Part shown: piece by piece, positions 1-9,599 of the stretch | How positions within the stretch are numbered: the stretch's first letter is position 1 | Layout: the number at the start of each line of letters is the position of its first letter | DNA from: Escherichia coli | GTDB lineage: Bacteria; Pseudomonadota; Gammaproteobacteria; Enterobacterales; Enterobacteriaceae | Strand: one strand, 5' to 3' | NCBI RefSeq assembly: GCF_044324875.1 | Contig: NZ_CP172186.1 | Length of the DNA stretch: 64,000 bases | Program-made: the position numbers and the translations under genes | The notes under the pieces: model-generated | What the model saw: the letters and a program-made list of their open reading frames with translations, nothing else | Told to the model about the DNA's origin: nothing | Databases searched by the model: none

Positions 1-873
1 GTGGCGGCCCTGAACCAGACCTCATTTACTGAAAGCACATACCGTCAGGTAAAGAACCCGAATCCGGTATTCACACCCCGTGAAGGTGCCGGGACGCTGA
101 AGTTCTGCGAAAAACTGATGGAAAAGGCCGTGGGCTTCACCTCCCGTTTTGATTTTGCCGCGCATGTGGCGTATGCCCGTTCGCGCGGCCTGCGCCGGCG
201 TATGCCGCCGGTGCTGCGCCGCCGGGCGATTGATGCGCTGCTGCAGGGGCTGTGTTTCCACTATGATCCGCTGGCCAACCGCGTGCAGTGCTCCATCACC
301 ACGCTGGCCATTGAGTGCGGACTGGCGACGGAGTCTGAGGCCGGGAAACTCTCCATCACCCGTGCCACCCGTGCCCTGAAGTTCCTGTCTGAGCTGGGGC
401 TGATAACCTACCAGACGGAATACGACCCGACAATTGGCTGTAACATCCCGACCGACATCACGTTCACGCCGGCACTGTTTGACTCACTCGATATCTCAGA
501 AGAGGCAGTGGCTTCCGCACGCCGCAGCCGCGTGGAATGGGAAAACAGGCTGCGCAAAAAGCAGGGGATGGATGCGCTGGGTATGGATGAACTGATAGCG
601 AGGGCCTGGCGTTTTGTGCGCGAGCGTTTCCGCAGTTATCAGGCAGAGCTTAAATCCCACGGTATGAAACGTGCCCGTGCGCGCCGCGATGCAGGCAGAA
701 CCCGTCAGGACATTGTCACCCTGGTGAAACGGCAGCTGACACGTGAAATTGCGGAAGGGCGTTTCCGGGGAAGCCTGGAGGCCGTGAAGCGCGAAATCGA
801 CCGTCGCGTGAAGGAACGCATGATAATGTCGCGGAACAACAACTACACACGGCTGGCCACTGCCTCACCCTGA
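1..873 (+). CDS. repA: IncFII replication initiator RepA1; window begins at or inside the gene (possible GTG start at position 1)
   Basis: 290-aa ORF with long conserved stretch typical of R100/R1 RepA1 ([39 protein letters not shown]..., C-terminal ...RLATASP). Confidence 0.85.
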   Translation: MAALNQTSFTESTYRQVKNPNPVFTPREGAGTLKFCEKLMEKAVGFTSRFDFAAHVAYARSRGLRRRMPPVLRRRAIDALLQGLCFHYDPLANRVQCSITTLAIECGLATESEAGKLSITRATRALKFLSELGLITYQTEYDPTIGCNIPTDITFTPALFDSLDISEEAVASARRSRVEWENRLRKKQGMDALGMDELIARAWRFVRERFRSYQAELKSHGMKRARARRDAGRTRQDIVTLVKRQLTREIAEGRFRGSLEAVKREIDRRVKERMIMSRNNNYTRLATASP

Positions 874-879
874 GTTTGA

Positions 880-1330
880 CCTCATCTGAATAATCCGGCC
901 TGCGCCGGAGGCTTCCGCACGTCTGAAGCCCGGTGACGCACAAAAAAGCAGCACAGCACACAAAAAACAGCCTCATTATCTGCCTTCCGGCTCGCCTTGC
1001 TCCCCCTGTTTTTCACGCAAAACAGGTATCACAGACGGGGAATTCTGTTTATCCACATTTAACTGCAAGGGACTTCTCCGTAAGGTTACAACCGTTCATG
1101 CTATAAAGCGCCAGCCGCAGGCGTTACAGGGTGCAATGTTTCTTTTAAACCCCAATACTCTATTTCCTTTAAACTACTTAATTACTTCCATTTAAAAAAA
1201 AGACCTATTCAGTGCCTGTCCTGTGGACAGACAAATATGCACCTCCCACGCTGACGCGCGGGCCCCGAACCTCACCGTTCTGGAACCACAACAAAAAACA
1301 TCAGAAATAAAAAAACCACACAAACGCAGC
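880..1330. other. putative oriR-like region downstream of repA
   Basis: non-coding, AT-rich tracts, perfect DnaA box TTATCCACA at 1049-1057, position immediately 3' of repA1 as in IncFII replicons. Confidence 0.45.
1049..1057 (+). promoter_or_regulatory. DnaA box (TTATCCACA)
   Basis: exact match to 9-bp DnaA box consensus. Confidence 0.5.
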
Positions 1331-1488
1331 ACCGTGCCCACCCCTCATAACTGAAAAGCGAGGCCGCCCCCGCCCGAAGGGCGGGAACAACATCGCTTTT
1401 AATTATGAATGTTGTAACTACATTATCATCGCTGTCAGTCTTCTGGCTGGAAGTCCTCAGTACACGCTCGTAAGCGGCCCTTACGGCC

Positions 1489-1717
1489 CGCTAACGCGGA
1501 GATACGCCCCGACTTCGGGTAAACCCTCGTCGGGACCACTCCGACCGCGCACAGAAGCTCTCTCATGGCTGAAAGCGGGTATGGTCTGGCAGGGCTGGGG
1601 ATGGGTAAGGTGAAATCTATCAATCAGTGCCGGCTTACGCCGGGCTTCGGCGGTTTTACTCTTGTGCCATATGTAGCTACATTATGCCGCCTTCCATGCC
1701 GCTCACGCGGCATCAGA
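1489..1717 (+). repeat. copy 1 of ~230-bp palindrome-rich element (second copy at 53694-53918), lies upstream of stbDE
   Basis: near-identical direct repeat found by eye; internal stem-loops such as CCCGACTTCGGG...CCCTCGTCGGG. Confidence 0.75.
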
Positions 1718-1828
1718 ACAATAAAACCAGCATTAAATGTATTTGCAAAAGTATGAGTAATACAGACTTGTTAACCGGTCCTTTCAGAGGTATCTTTAAG
1801 ACTTGTTAAATAGTCTCAAAGGTACGTT

Positions 1829-2080
1829 ATGCCTAACATCATTCTGTCTGACACCAGTGCAAGTGTCAGTGAACTGAAAAAAAATCCTATGGCTACAGTC
1901 AGTGCCGGAGATGGTTATCCTGTCGCCATTCTTAACCGGAATCAGCCGGCATTCTACTGTGTGCCTGCGGAACTCTATGAAAGGATGCTTGATGCGCTGG
2001 ATGACCAGGAACTGCTGAAACTGGTTACTGAACGCAGCAATCAGCCACTGCATGATGTGGACCTGGACAGTTATTTATGA
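1829..2080 (+). CDS. stbD: Phd/YefM-family antitoxin (StbD-like)
   Basis: 83-aa ORF, RBS-like AAGG upstream, 4-bp ATGA overlap with downstream RelE-family toxin gene. Confidence 0.75.
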   Translation: MPNIILSDTSASVSELKKNPMATVSAGDGYPVAILNRNQPAFYCVPAELYERMLDALDDQELLKLVTERSNQPLHDVDLDSYL

Positions 2081-2364
2081 CTTATACAGTAAAATTCAGG
2101 GATGATGCGTTCAAAGAATGGCTGAAACTGGATAAATCCATTCAACAGCAGTTTGCGAAAAAACTAAAGAAATGCAGCGAAAATCCTCATATTCCTTCCG
2201 CAAAACTGCGTGGATTAAAAGACTGCTACAAAATCAAACTTCGCGCATCGGGGGTTCGTCTGGTCTATCAGGTTATTGATGACATGCTAATTATTGCGGT
2301 TGTCGCGGTAGGTAAACGTGAACGTAGTAACGTTTATAATCTCGCCAGTGAGAGAATGAGATAG
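2077..2364 (+). CDS. stbE: RelE/StbE-family toxin
   Basis: 95-aa ORF with RelE-like pattern (KFRDDAFKEWLKLDKSIQQQFAKKLKK...RLVYQVIDDMLIIAVVAVGKRERSNVY). Confidence 0.75.
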   Translation: MTYTVKFRDDAFKEWLKLDKSIQQQFAKKLKKCSENPHIPSAKLRGLKDCYKIKLRASGVRLVYQVIDDMLIIAVVAVGKRERSNVYNLASERMR

Positions 2365-2467
2365 TTATCTTTAAGGCTGACTGATATTACTTCAAAAGTA
2401 TTTCTGATAGTTATGTTATTTTATTCCACAATGCAGAATATATTCTTTATTCTTTAAGGTCGTTTTT

Positions 2468-3058
2468 ATGATGAAAAATCCATTAGCTTATTTTCATATT
2501 GCCACCTTTTTATTGTCAGGTAAAAGTCGTAATCTGTCAGAATACTGGAAAGCCGAAGTCATCATGCGGGATAAGTTTGTCTTACACCGCCTGATAAGAA
2601 ACGGGATGCAGAGACAACGAGGCTTTCTGATGTGGTGGCGTTTGGCCAATGAGATGTTTATCTACGGAAACAAAAAACAAAGGAAATGTGCGATAAAGAT
2701 AAAAAATGCACTTATGGAACGGTATGGGTGTGATATCGGCCTGGGGGCGCGGATTGGTAAAGGTCTCGTGTTGCCTCATCATGCAGGTATCGTCATTCAT
2801 GGTAATGTTGATATCGGTGAGAATGTCATTATACGGCAGAATACAACCATTGGTGAAAAGGTTTCTGACAGTAGGGAAAACTATATTGTTATTGGCGATA
2901 ATGTCGATATTGGTGCCCATACATGTATTATTGGGTTAAATGTGAAAATCGGAAGTAATGTTAAAATCGGGGCAATGTCTTTTATTATGGAAGATGTACC
3001 TGATAACTGTACTTATGTCACCAGGAAGGAATCCAGAGTGATAATTCGCGAACAGTAA
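2468..3058 (+). CDS. hexapeptide-repeat (left-handed beta-helix) acetyltransferase, serine O-acetyltransferase-like
   Basis: repeated [LIV]-G-x-x-x-x hexapeptide units (IGEKV, IGDNVDIGAHTCIIGLNVKIGSNVKIGAMSFI); AT-rich gene. Confidence 0.6.
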   Translation: MMKNPLAYFHIATFLLSGKSRNLSEYWKAEVIMRDKFVLHRLIRNGMQRQRGFLMWWRLANEMFIYGNKKQRKCAIKIKNALMERYGCDIGLGARIGKGLVLPHHAGIVIHGNVDIGENVIIRQNTTIGEKVSDSRENYIVIGDNVDIGAHTCIIGLNVKIGSNVKIGAMSFIMEDVPDNCTYVTRKESRVIIREQ

Positions 3059-3160
3059 TGAAATACATGTTATCATTCTTCTGTTGGTGACTTTGCCGAC
3101 TCAGATATATACTATCTGTATGTCGTGCATTATATATTAACGATACGCAGAGGTGTGTAT

Positions 3161-3826
3161 ATGGGCAGTGTTACAAAGAAACCGTCACCTGTTGTTATTA
3201 TTAAGAAAAAAAGACGAATTCTTTCTCATCAGGATGATGCCGTACAGGCAGTTCCTGATGATATAAAACCAGCGCCAGTAATGGAATTTAAAACCGACTC
3301 ATTACCTCCTGAAATACCAGCCACAGTGGCCGGTTCCCCGGAACAACAGAAAAAAACAGGACGTAAGAAGAAGAAAAAAAAGAAGAACAATAGATGGAAT
3401 CATGAGTTTATCCGACACAGTCTGGACTGTGTTAAAAAAACATTCCCTCAGTTACGGGCTGAAGAGGGGGGATATCATGCATTTAAAATAGGCATCTCAA
3501 AGGATGTCATGGCTTTTATTTCGTCCAGTCCTGAGTGTGGACTAACTGTAAAAGAATGGAATTGTGCTGTAAGGATGATTACTGGCGGTTACAAATATCT
3601 GCAGCGTATATCAGTCGCAGGTACTCCGCGTTATGGTCTGGATGGCAAAGTTCATGGAACTGTAACGGAGGAAGAAGCGCTGTATGCGCAGGCAAAACTT
3701 GAAAAACACACGCAGCGTTATAACGCCAGGATGAAAGAGACAGAAGATGCTCGTTGCAACCAACCATCGAAAACTGTTACACCGGACAGCAATTTGAAGG
3801 ACGCCTGCATTCATAACGGGGCATAA
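3161..3826 (+). CDS. FinO/ProQ-domain RNA-binding protein with lysine-rich N-terminal region
   Basis: C-terminal half aligns by eye with F-plasmid FinO helices (KIGISKDV...TVKEW..AVRMITGGYKYLQRISVAGTPRYGLDGKVHGTVTEEEALYAQAKL); RBS AGGTG before ATG at 3161. Confidence 0.55.
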   Translation: MGSVTKKPSPVVIIKKKRRILSHQDDAVQAVPDDIKPAPVMEFKTDSLPPEIPATVAGSPEQQKKTGRKKKKKKKNNRWNHEFIRHSLDCVKKTFPQLRAEEGGYHAFKIGISKDVMAFISSSPECGLTVKEWNCAVRMITGGYKYLQRISVAGTPRYGLDGKVHGTVTEEEALYAQAKLEKHTQRYNARMKETEDARCNQPSKTVTPDSNLKDACIHNGA

Positions 3827-3880
3827 TTATGTGAAATGCTGTCCCGCTATGGAATCAGAATTGAGTAACGACACGAGGTT

Positions 3881-4198
3881 TTGATGATTACTGTTATTAT
3901 TTCTGAGGTGGATGGCTGGCGTGAATGGAAACACCGCGCCCGAACAAAGGATGCACAGACAGCCATCATCCGGGCTATGAATAAACATTTTCCACGATCT
4001 TACAATTTTATCCCTGATGATATTGATAATGCACCTGTATTATTTGCAGCTGTAACACGTACACCGAACGTGAAAATAACCGGTCATATCTGGAAACCTA
4101 TGTGGAACAGGGGAATTTGCTGGAACGTCAAAGGTCCGCCAGTAATCATCACGCTCATCCAGGGGGCCGCTTGGAATTCGGAAAATAAACCACGTTAA
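3881..4198 (+). CDS. hypothetical protein
   Basis: 105-aa ORF only; no recognisable motif. Confidence 0.25.
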   Translation: MMITVIISEVDGWREWKHRARTKDAQTAIIRAMNKHFPRSYNFIPDDIDNAPVLFAAVTRTPNVKITGHIWKPMWNRGICWNVKGPPVIITLIQGAAWNSENKPR

Positions 4199-4397
4199 GA
4201 CTATTTGGGGTTCTAAGCCGAAAACCTAGAAAATTCCGTAACCAAAGCCAGTAATTGACAGATTTGCATGACGTTGAATAGGTGACGGGTTATGTGACGA
4301 AATCTGATGCAGAAATCGTTGTTTCAGTGACAGTCACTCAATCGGTCGTTTATGTGACAACCCATGCCGTTACTGGTCGCGGAAAAATCCAGGTTTC

Positions 4398-4650
4398 GGG
4401 GTTTGAGGCTCAGTGGAACAATAACCGCCGTTAAGCGGTCATTTTAAATAGCCAAAAATCAACCAGCCAATTTACATCGTGAATCTGCGTTCTTGGCTAT
4501 CTGTTTTGGGGGGGGCCAAGTTGGCTTTACTCATCCTGGCCGTTTGCGGAACAAACGACGTTGTTGATCTCAACAGATTGATTTACCTGTTATTGACCAT
4601 TCAATTGAACCGCTTAACCGCCTTTTGAGTTCCACTACTCCCCAAACCCC
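4398..4650. mobile_element. miniature Tn3-family-derived element (TIME/IS101-like): two inverted ~41-bp Tn3-type terminal repeats enclosing ~170 bp non-coding DNA
   Basis: IR-a GGGGTTTGAGGCTCAGTGGAACAATAACCGCCGTTAAGCGG (4398-4438) and reverse complement of 4610-4650 GGGGTTTGGGGAGTAGTGGAACTCAAAAGGCGGTTAAGCGG; resembles Tn3 IR GGGGTCTGACGCTCAGTGGAACGAAAACTCACGTTAAG. Confidence 0.5.
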
Positions 4651-4851
4651 AAATAGCTGTCTAGCGCGAAAAATCACTGCCCGTAACGTATCATATGGCT
4701 GGTACGAATAAATTCTCACTTACTGCACCATAAACGTACACGTCAAAACCTTCCAAACATGCTTCAAAAATCAACAAATTCGCTGTATCGGAAATTTTGG
4801 CGTTTCCGGCGTACAACCCCGATTAGATATAAATGAATTAACGTGTGTGGT

Positions 4852-5326
4852 TTATTGGTCTCTGCCTTCTCCAGCAATGACGCAAGACTTTGACATACCA
4901 TCAAAAAAATGATCGGCGAGCTCCAGAATTCGTGGATTATGAGTTGTAATAATAACGGTAGGGCAATGCTGCCGGATATAGGTAATGATCTTTATCGCGA
5001 GTTCTTCGCCAATAGAGGCCGTGGGTTCATCAAGTACGATAATCTTTTTCTTACGGGCTAGGGCGCGGGCTATGCATAATCGCTGGATCTCTCCACCACT
5101 CAAACCACTACCCAGAGGATTAATATCCCGGTCTAGGAAAGCAAGGAAATGTTCTCCGCAGTCCTCTTTAATTAACCCCAATGAATTCAGGATGCAAAAC
5201 AGTTCATCATCGGGAAGAATGTCATCGGTTCCATACAGAATATTATCACGAATAGTTCCCTGCACCAGAACGGCTTTTTGAGGCACAACAGCAACGTCCT
5301 CCAGGATAGACGCACTCAACTCTGTG
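4852..5326 (-). pseudogene. C-terminal fragment of an ABC exporter nucleotide-binding domain, fused in frame to truncated IS2 orfB
   Basis: [17 protein letters not shown] signature, [12 protein letters not shown]alker B, ITTHN H-loop; no Walker A or N-terminus present. Confidence 0.55.
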
Positions 5327-6412
5327 TTCTTCGGTTCAAGCCCCAACATCCGGGCAAACTGCCGTGTTTCATTAGCCCGGTAGCATGAACCATTATCCGT
5401 CAGCCACTCTACTGGAGACGCCGGAAGCTCGTTGCCGAAGCGGCGTTCCACCGCTCCCAGCATGACGTCCTGTACTGTTTCACTGTTGAAGCCGCCCGTA
5501 GTGACCGCCCAGTGCAGTGCCTCACGGTCACAGCAGTCCAGCGCGAACGTGACTCGCAGTTTTTCTCCGTTATCACAGCGGAACTCGAACCCGTCAGAGC
5601 ACCATCGTTGATTGCTTTCTTTCACGGCCACTTTGCCAGTATGTGCCCGCTTCGATGGCGGTACAGCGGTTTTTCGCTCAAGCAACAGCGCATTCTGGCG
5701 CATGATCCGGTAAACACGTTTGGCATTGATCGCAGGCATACCATCAAGTTCGTCCTGTCTGCGAAGCAGCGCCCATACCCGACGATAACCATACGTGGGC
5801 AGCTCTCCGATAACATGGTGTATACGGAGAAGTACATCCATATTATCGGAGTGACGGCTGCGGCGACCATCTTTCCAGTCATCGGTTCGTCTGAGAATGA
5901 CGTGCAACTGCGCACGCGACACCCGGAGACAACGGCTGACTAAGCTTACTCCCCATTCCCGGGCAATAAGGGCGCGTGCGCTATCCACTTTTTTGCACGC
6001 CCATATTCAACGGCTTCTTTAAGGAGTTCATTTTCCATCGTTTTTTTGCCGAGCAGGCGCTGGAGTTCTTTAATCTGCTTCATGGCAGCAGCAAGTTCAG
6101 AGGCAGGAACGACCTGTTCTCCGGCGGCCACAGCAGTAAGACTTCCCTCCTGGTATTGCTTGCGCCAGAGAAATAGCTGGCTGGCTGCCACACCGTGTTG
6201 CCGGGCTACAAGGGAGACCGTCATTCCCGGTTCAAAACTCTGCTGAACAATAGCGATCTTTTCCTGTGTAGTACGCCGTCTGCGTTTCTCCGGTCCTAAG
6301 ACATCAATCATCTGCTCTCCAATGACTAGTCTAAAAACTAGTATTAAGACTATCACTTATTTAAGTGATATTGGTTGTCTGGAGATTCAGGGGGCCAGTC
6401 TAGCAGATTATG
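5327..6412 (-). mobile_element. IS2 (IS3 family), truncated copy: left IR and orfA intact, orfB truncated after about 225 codons
   Basis: IS2 left end TAGACTGGCCCCCTGAATCTCCAGACAACC at 6412 (reverse strand); same sequence as IS2 copy at 42070-43310 up to about 5327. Confidence 0.8.
5946..6311 (-). CDS. insC: IS2 InsC (orfA)
   Basis: [40 protein letters not shown]...; matches second IS2 copy. Confidence 0.8.
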   Translation of the reverse strand: MIDVLGPEKRRRRTTQEKIAIVQQSFEPGMTVSLVARQHGVAASQLFLWRKQYQEGSLTAVAAGEQVVPASELAAAMKQIKELQRLLGKKTMENELLKEAVEYGRAKKWIAHAPLLPGNGE

Positions 6413-6562
6413 GTGCGCAGTTATACAATAGCAGTAATGAGGAGTCTACTATTTCTCTTGTTATGCCAGATGCAATTGAATGGAACGGAAAGAATACGCC
6501 AAGACGGCAATACATGATAAAATATATTGCCGTATTTAAATATTAAAATTTATTTTTGTAGA

Positions 6563-6970
6563 TCATCTGAATTTTCGGTGACCTTCAAGTTTTATATCGT
6601 TCATTTTATCCAGAGACTCACGTAATGATTCTATATTCCCGTCCTCAACTTTCTTTTTTGCAATATTGATTTCATGTTGTAGTTTTTTTAACTCTTCCTT
6701 ATAATTATCTACAGAAACTTTATCATTAACATCTATCTTTTCAGGAATAATATTCATAGAAGAATCTACAGATTTATCCATCATTTCAAGAGCATTTAAT
6801 AGTGATGATTTATCATTGGAAGATTGTAGAATACTCATACTTTTGGCAAGAGACTGCATGTTTTTATCCAGGCCGGAAGCCAAAGATACGTTGCTGAGAG
6901 ATAAAAAAATAGCTAGTACAGCACCTGAGAAAAATACCTTTTGTTTTATCATTAATATATTCCTGTTCAA
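6563..6970 (-). CDS. cytochrome b562-family four-helix-bundle protein with signal peptide
   Basis: signal peptide (VFFSGAVLAIFLSLSNVSLA); similarity by eye to E. coli CybC incl. N-terminal Met (LDKNMQSL) and C-terminal His (EGHRKFR vs b562 ...YHQKYR). Confidence 0.5.
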   Translation of the reverse strand: MNRNILMIKQKVFFSGAVLAIFLSLSNVSLASGLDKNMQSLAKSMSILQSSNDKSSLLNALEMMDKSVDSSMNIIPEKIDVNDKVSVDNYKEELKKLQHEINIAKKKVEDGNIESLRESLDKMNDIKLEGHRKFR

Positions 6971-7148
6971 AGTTGATTATAGTTATGTCAATTTAAGTTT
7001 ATTATTATGATTTTTTATTTTTGTACTATGAATCTCCTGTATGCTTATATGTGCAGAAAATCTCATTTTATCAAGAAGAATATCAAATTTTCTCCGATAC
7101 TTCTACATACTCCATCATTCATGCTCCTTTTATCCGTGCACCGTAAAA

Positions 7149-7284
7149 CCCCGTCCTTCAGCGGGGATATAAGGCGCTGTTTTCCACCTAACCAGGTGTC
7201 TGCTGCTATTCAATGTATTGGCGGATGACGGATGCCGCCCGTTGAAGCAGGAACCCTCGTCCTTAGGGCGTGGAGGATGTCAAA
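7149..7284 (+). repeat. 136-bp structured direct repeat, copy 1 (flanks the carbamate-kinase module)
   Basis: about 98% identical to 15835-15970, same orientation; contains hairpins CCCCGTCCTTCAGCGGGG and GGCGGATGACGGATGCCGCC. Confidence 0.8.
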
Positions 7285-7385
7285 ATGAAAACTTGTGGTA
7301 TGAATCAATCCATTCATCATCCTTTCGGATCATTGCATTCAGTATAACGCTGGAAGAGCCTGGCAATATCACTGTATTGATGGTA

Positions 7386-8276
7386 TTACGCCATGAATTG
7401 CTTATTTCTTAAATACGACATGCACCACAGACAGGCTTTTCCTATACCATCGGAACGAGCGGCAAGAAATAACTTGGTGGCGTGTTTATGTTCGCGCATT
7501 GGCTTTTTAAGCAATTTACCTCTGTTCAATAACGGCAATGCCAGATGATGTGGAATATAACCAATACCGACGTTTTGTTCTATTAAGCTGATTGCCATGG
7601 CGAAGTCAGGAACAAAAATAGGTTTTTGTCCTTCCAACAACCAGGCTTGCATTGGGGGGAAGTTAACGGAGGTATCCCGGATACAAACCGCAGGATAATG
7701 ACGCAATTCACTGTTTTCTAATGGATTCCGCTTCACTGCCAGTGGATGAAGTGGGCTGACGACAAAATCCCATTCTATTTGTCCGACCGGTTCGCTAATG
7801 ATGCCTTCACTGCTTGGTACTGCATGAGGAGCACCGTAGACCAGATCAGCACGTTTACTGTACAGCGCATCCCAGCAGCCGTTGTATACTTCAATATCTA
7901 CCGTCAGTGTTGTTGATGTGAATTGCCGTTCAAAATCTTGAATAAATGACACCAGAAAATCACCAGGTATAATATTGTTCACCGCAATTGTCAGTTCACG
8001 CTCAATACCATCGTGAATCAGCACTGTGTTGCGCTTTAATGCATCCAGATCGCGGAGAATATTTTTGCTATGTTCGATGAAGTAACTCCCCGCCGGAGAT
8101 AATTCAATATATCGTCCCTTACGAATGAACAGTTCAACGCCCAGGGTTTCTTCCGCTTTCTTCAGGGTGTAACTGATAGTAGAAGGGACTTTATTTAACT
8201 GTTCGGCTGCGGTGGTGATGTTCTGGTGTCTGGCGACCAGATGAATAATTCGAATCGTTTCGTCTGAGATGAACAT
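7386..8276 (-). CDS. LysR-family transcriptional regulator
   Basis: N-terminal HTH (IIHLVARHQNITTAAEQLNKVPSTISYTLKKAEETLGVELFIRKGR) plus co-inducer domain, 296 aa. Confidence 0.85.
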   Translation of the reverse strand: MFISDETIRIIHLVARHQNITTAAEQLNKVPSTISYTLKKAEETLGVELFIRKGRYIELSPAGSYFIEHSKNILRDLDALKRNTVLIHDGIERELTIAVNNIIPGDFLVSFIQDFERQFTSTTLTVDIEVYNGCWDALYSKRADLVYGAPHAVPSSEGIISEPVGQIEWDFVVSPLHPLAVKRNPLENSELRHYPAVCIRDTSVNFPPMQAWLLEGQKPIFVPDFAMAISLIEQNVGIGYIPHHLALPLLNRGKLLKKPMREHKHATKLFLAARSDGIGKACLWCMSYLRNKQFMA

Positions 8277-8353
8277 AAGGCTCCCTGGTCAGTGGTAAAG
8301 TGGCTGAATCTCTCCAGATTCAGCCGTAATCATTGCCTGAGTATACCCAGGAA

Positions 8354-9574
8354 TTAGCGGTGTTGACTTGCCCGACTGAGAATCGCATACGCGATACATG
8401 CCACCAGAATGGAGTCAACTGAAGGGATCGTCGTCAGGGTGAATAAGCCTTTTACGGTCATAAAGCCAACCGCTGTGCCTGTGATCCATGCAGCGAATGT
8501 CAGTACTTTAACCTGTGACTCCTGAGTTAACACCGACTCTTGATAGCCATTACGGCGATAAAGGAAAAAGTCAGCGATATAAATTCCGGCAACTGGGGGA
8601 GTCGCGATACCCAGGAACAGCAGAAACGGAATAAACCACGCCATAATATCCATACTGCCTACGATGGCGGAAAGGATACCCAGCGCAACGGTAATCTGCC
8701 ATTTGGGAAAGCGGCTAAGCAGTGTGGAAACTACCAACGTCCCCTGGAACATATTGCCCGCATTACCGGTGACGCAGGCGAATATCAGCAACAGTGCTGC
8801 AGGCATAACCGCACCGAATACTGCCATAGCATTCAGTAAAGAGCCCTGGCCGCTAATGGCACTCGGCGTTGCACCCGCCCAGTATAGCAGAGGGTAGGCA
8901 ACCAGAAACGTCATACCTGCGGCAATCAGAGCATGTTTTCGGTTATGTACAAAACTACCGAAGTCGGGAAGTGTAGCAACCAGCACAATAATAGTGCCAA
9001 CAACGGTGGAAACGGCGACACCTGTACTCATCTCCGCTATCGCTGCTGGCGCTGATACTTCGGTATGGGTTGCCACATAGAGTATATAACACAGCACCAG
9101 TGCGATAACCGGCACGGCGACCTGGGCAACTTTGCCCAGAATGGAAAAACCAAAGGCCGTAGAGGCGACAAAAATGACACAACCAGCTGCCACTAACAGT
9201 GCCAGTGGCGCTTCAATCCCATTCTGCGCCAGTAAGTCATGCACCGAATGACCAAACATATTAGCGGTAACGGCAATCCAGCCGAACAGACTTATAGCCA
9301 TCAAAATATTAATGGCGATGGCCCCTTTTTCGCCAAATGAATATTTCACAATACCGTATGTTGGCAGGCGGGCTTTTTCTCCCACACTAATGGTGATGGC
9401 TGAAAGTAAGGTCAGAATGACGCCGCCTAATAGTACGACGCTAATTAAACTACCACTGGAAAGTTGATTGCCGAGGCTTGAGGATGACAACAGCACAGGT
9501 GTGACGGCAATACCCAGCAAAATCATGGTAATACGCAATCCTGATGCCGTATTCATATTATCTTCTTTACGCAT
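8354..9574 (-). CDS. NCS1-family nucleobase/cation symporter (cytosine/allantoin/hydantoin permease-like)
   Basis: 406-aa polytopic membrane protein, about 12 hydrophobic segments, CodB-like N-terminus; RBS AAGGA before ATG. Confidence 0.7.
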   Translation of the reverse strand: MRKEDNMNTASGLRITMILLGIAVTPVLLSSSSLGNQLSSGSLISVVLLGGVILTLLSAITISVGEKARLPTYGIVKYSFGEKGAIAINILMAISLFGWIAVTANMFGHSVHDLLAQNGIEAPLALLVAAGCVIFVASTAFGFSILGKVAQVAVPVIALVLCYILYVATHTEVSAPAAIAEMSTGVAVSTVVGTIIVLVATLPDFGSFVHNRKHALIAAGMTFLVAYPLLYWAGATPSAISGQGSLLNAMAVFGAVMPAALLLIFACVTGNAGNMFQGTLVVSTLLSRFPKWQITVALGILSAIVGSMDIMAWFIPFLLFLGIATPPVAGIYIADFFLYRRNGYQESVLTQESQVKVLTFAAWITGTAVGFMTVKGLFTLTTIPSVDSILVACIAYAILSRASQHR

Positions 9575-9599
9575 AATATGTTTCCTTTATAAATGCGCG

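Noticed and set aside
4201..4660. Short inverted match CTATTTGGGG at 4201 and 4647 as element ends
   Set aside because: Only about 12 bp and partly overlapping the better-supported Tn3-type IR; probably coincidental.
5512..5943. 143-aa + strand ORF inside IS2 orfB (also 42439-42870)
   Set aside because: Antisense ORF present in every IS2 copy; no evidence of coding.
7149..7284. Possibility that the 136-bp repeats are ERIC elements or integron attC sites
   Set aside because: No match to the ERIC core I recall (AAGTAAGTGACTGGGGTGAGCG), no GTTRRRY core pair, and an 8.5-kb operon is far larger than typical cassettes.
7218..7412. 64-aa ORF (MADDGCRPLKQEP...) starting inside the 136-bp repeat; a twin exists at 15904-16107
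   Set aside because: Both ORFs begin within the repeat and diverge immediately after it; more likely structured RNA/DNA than a protein.
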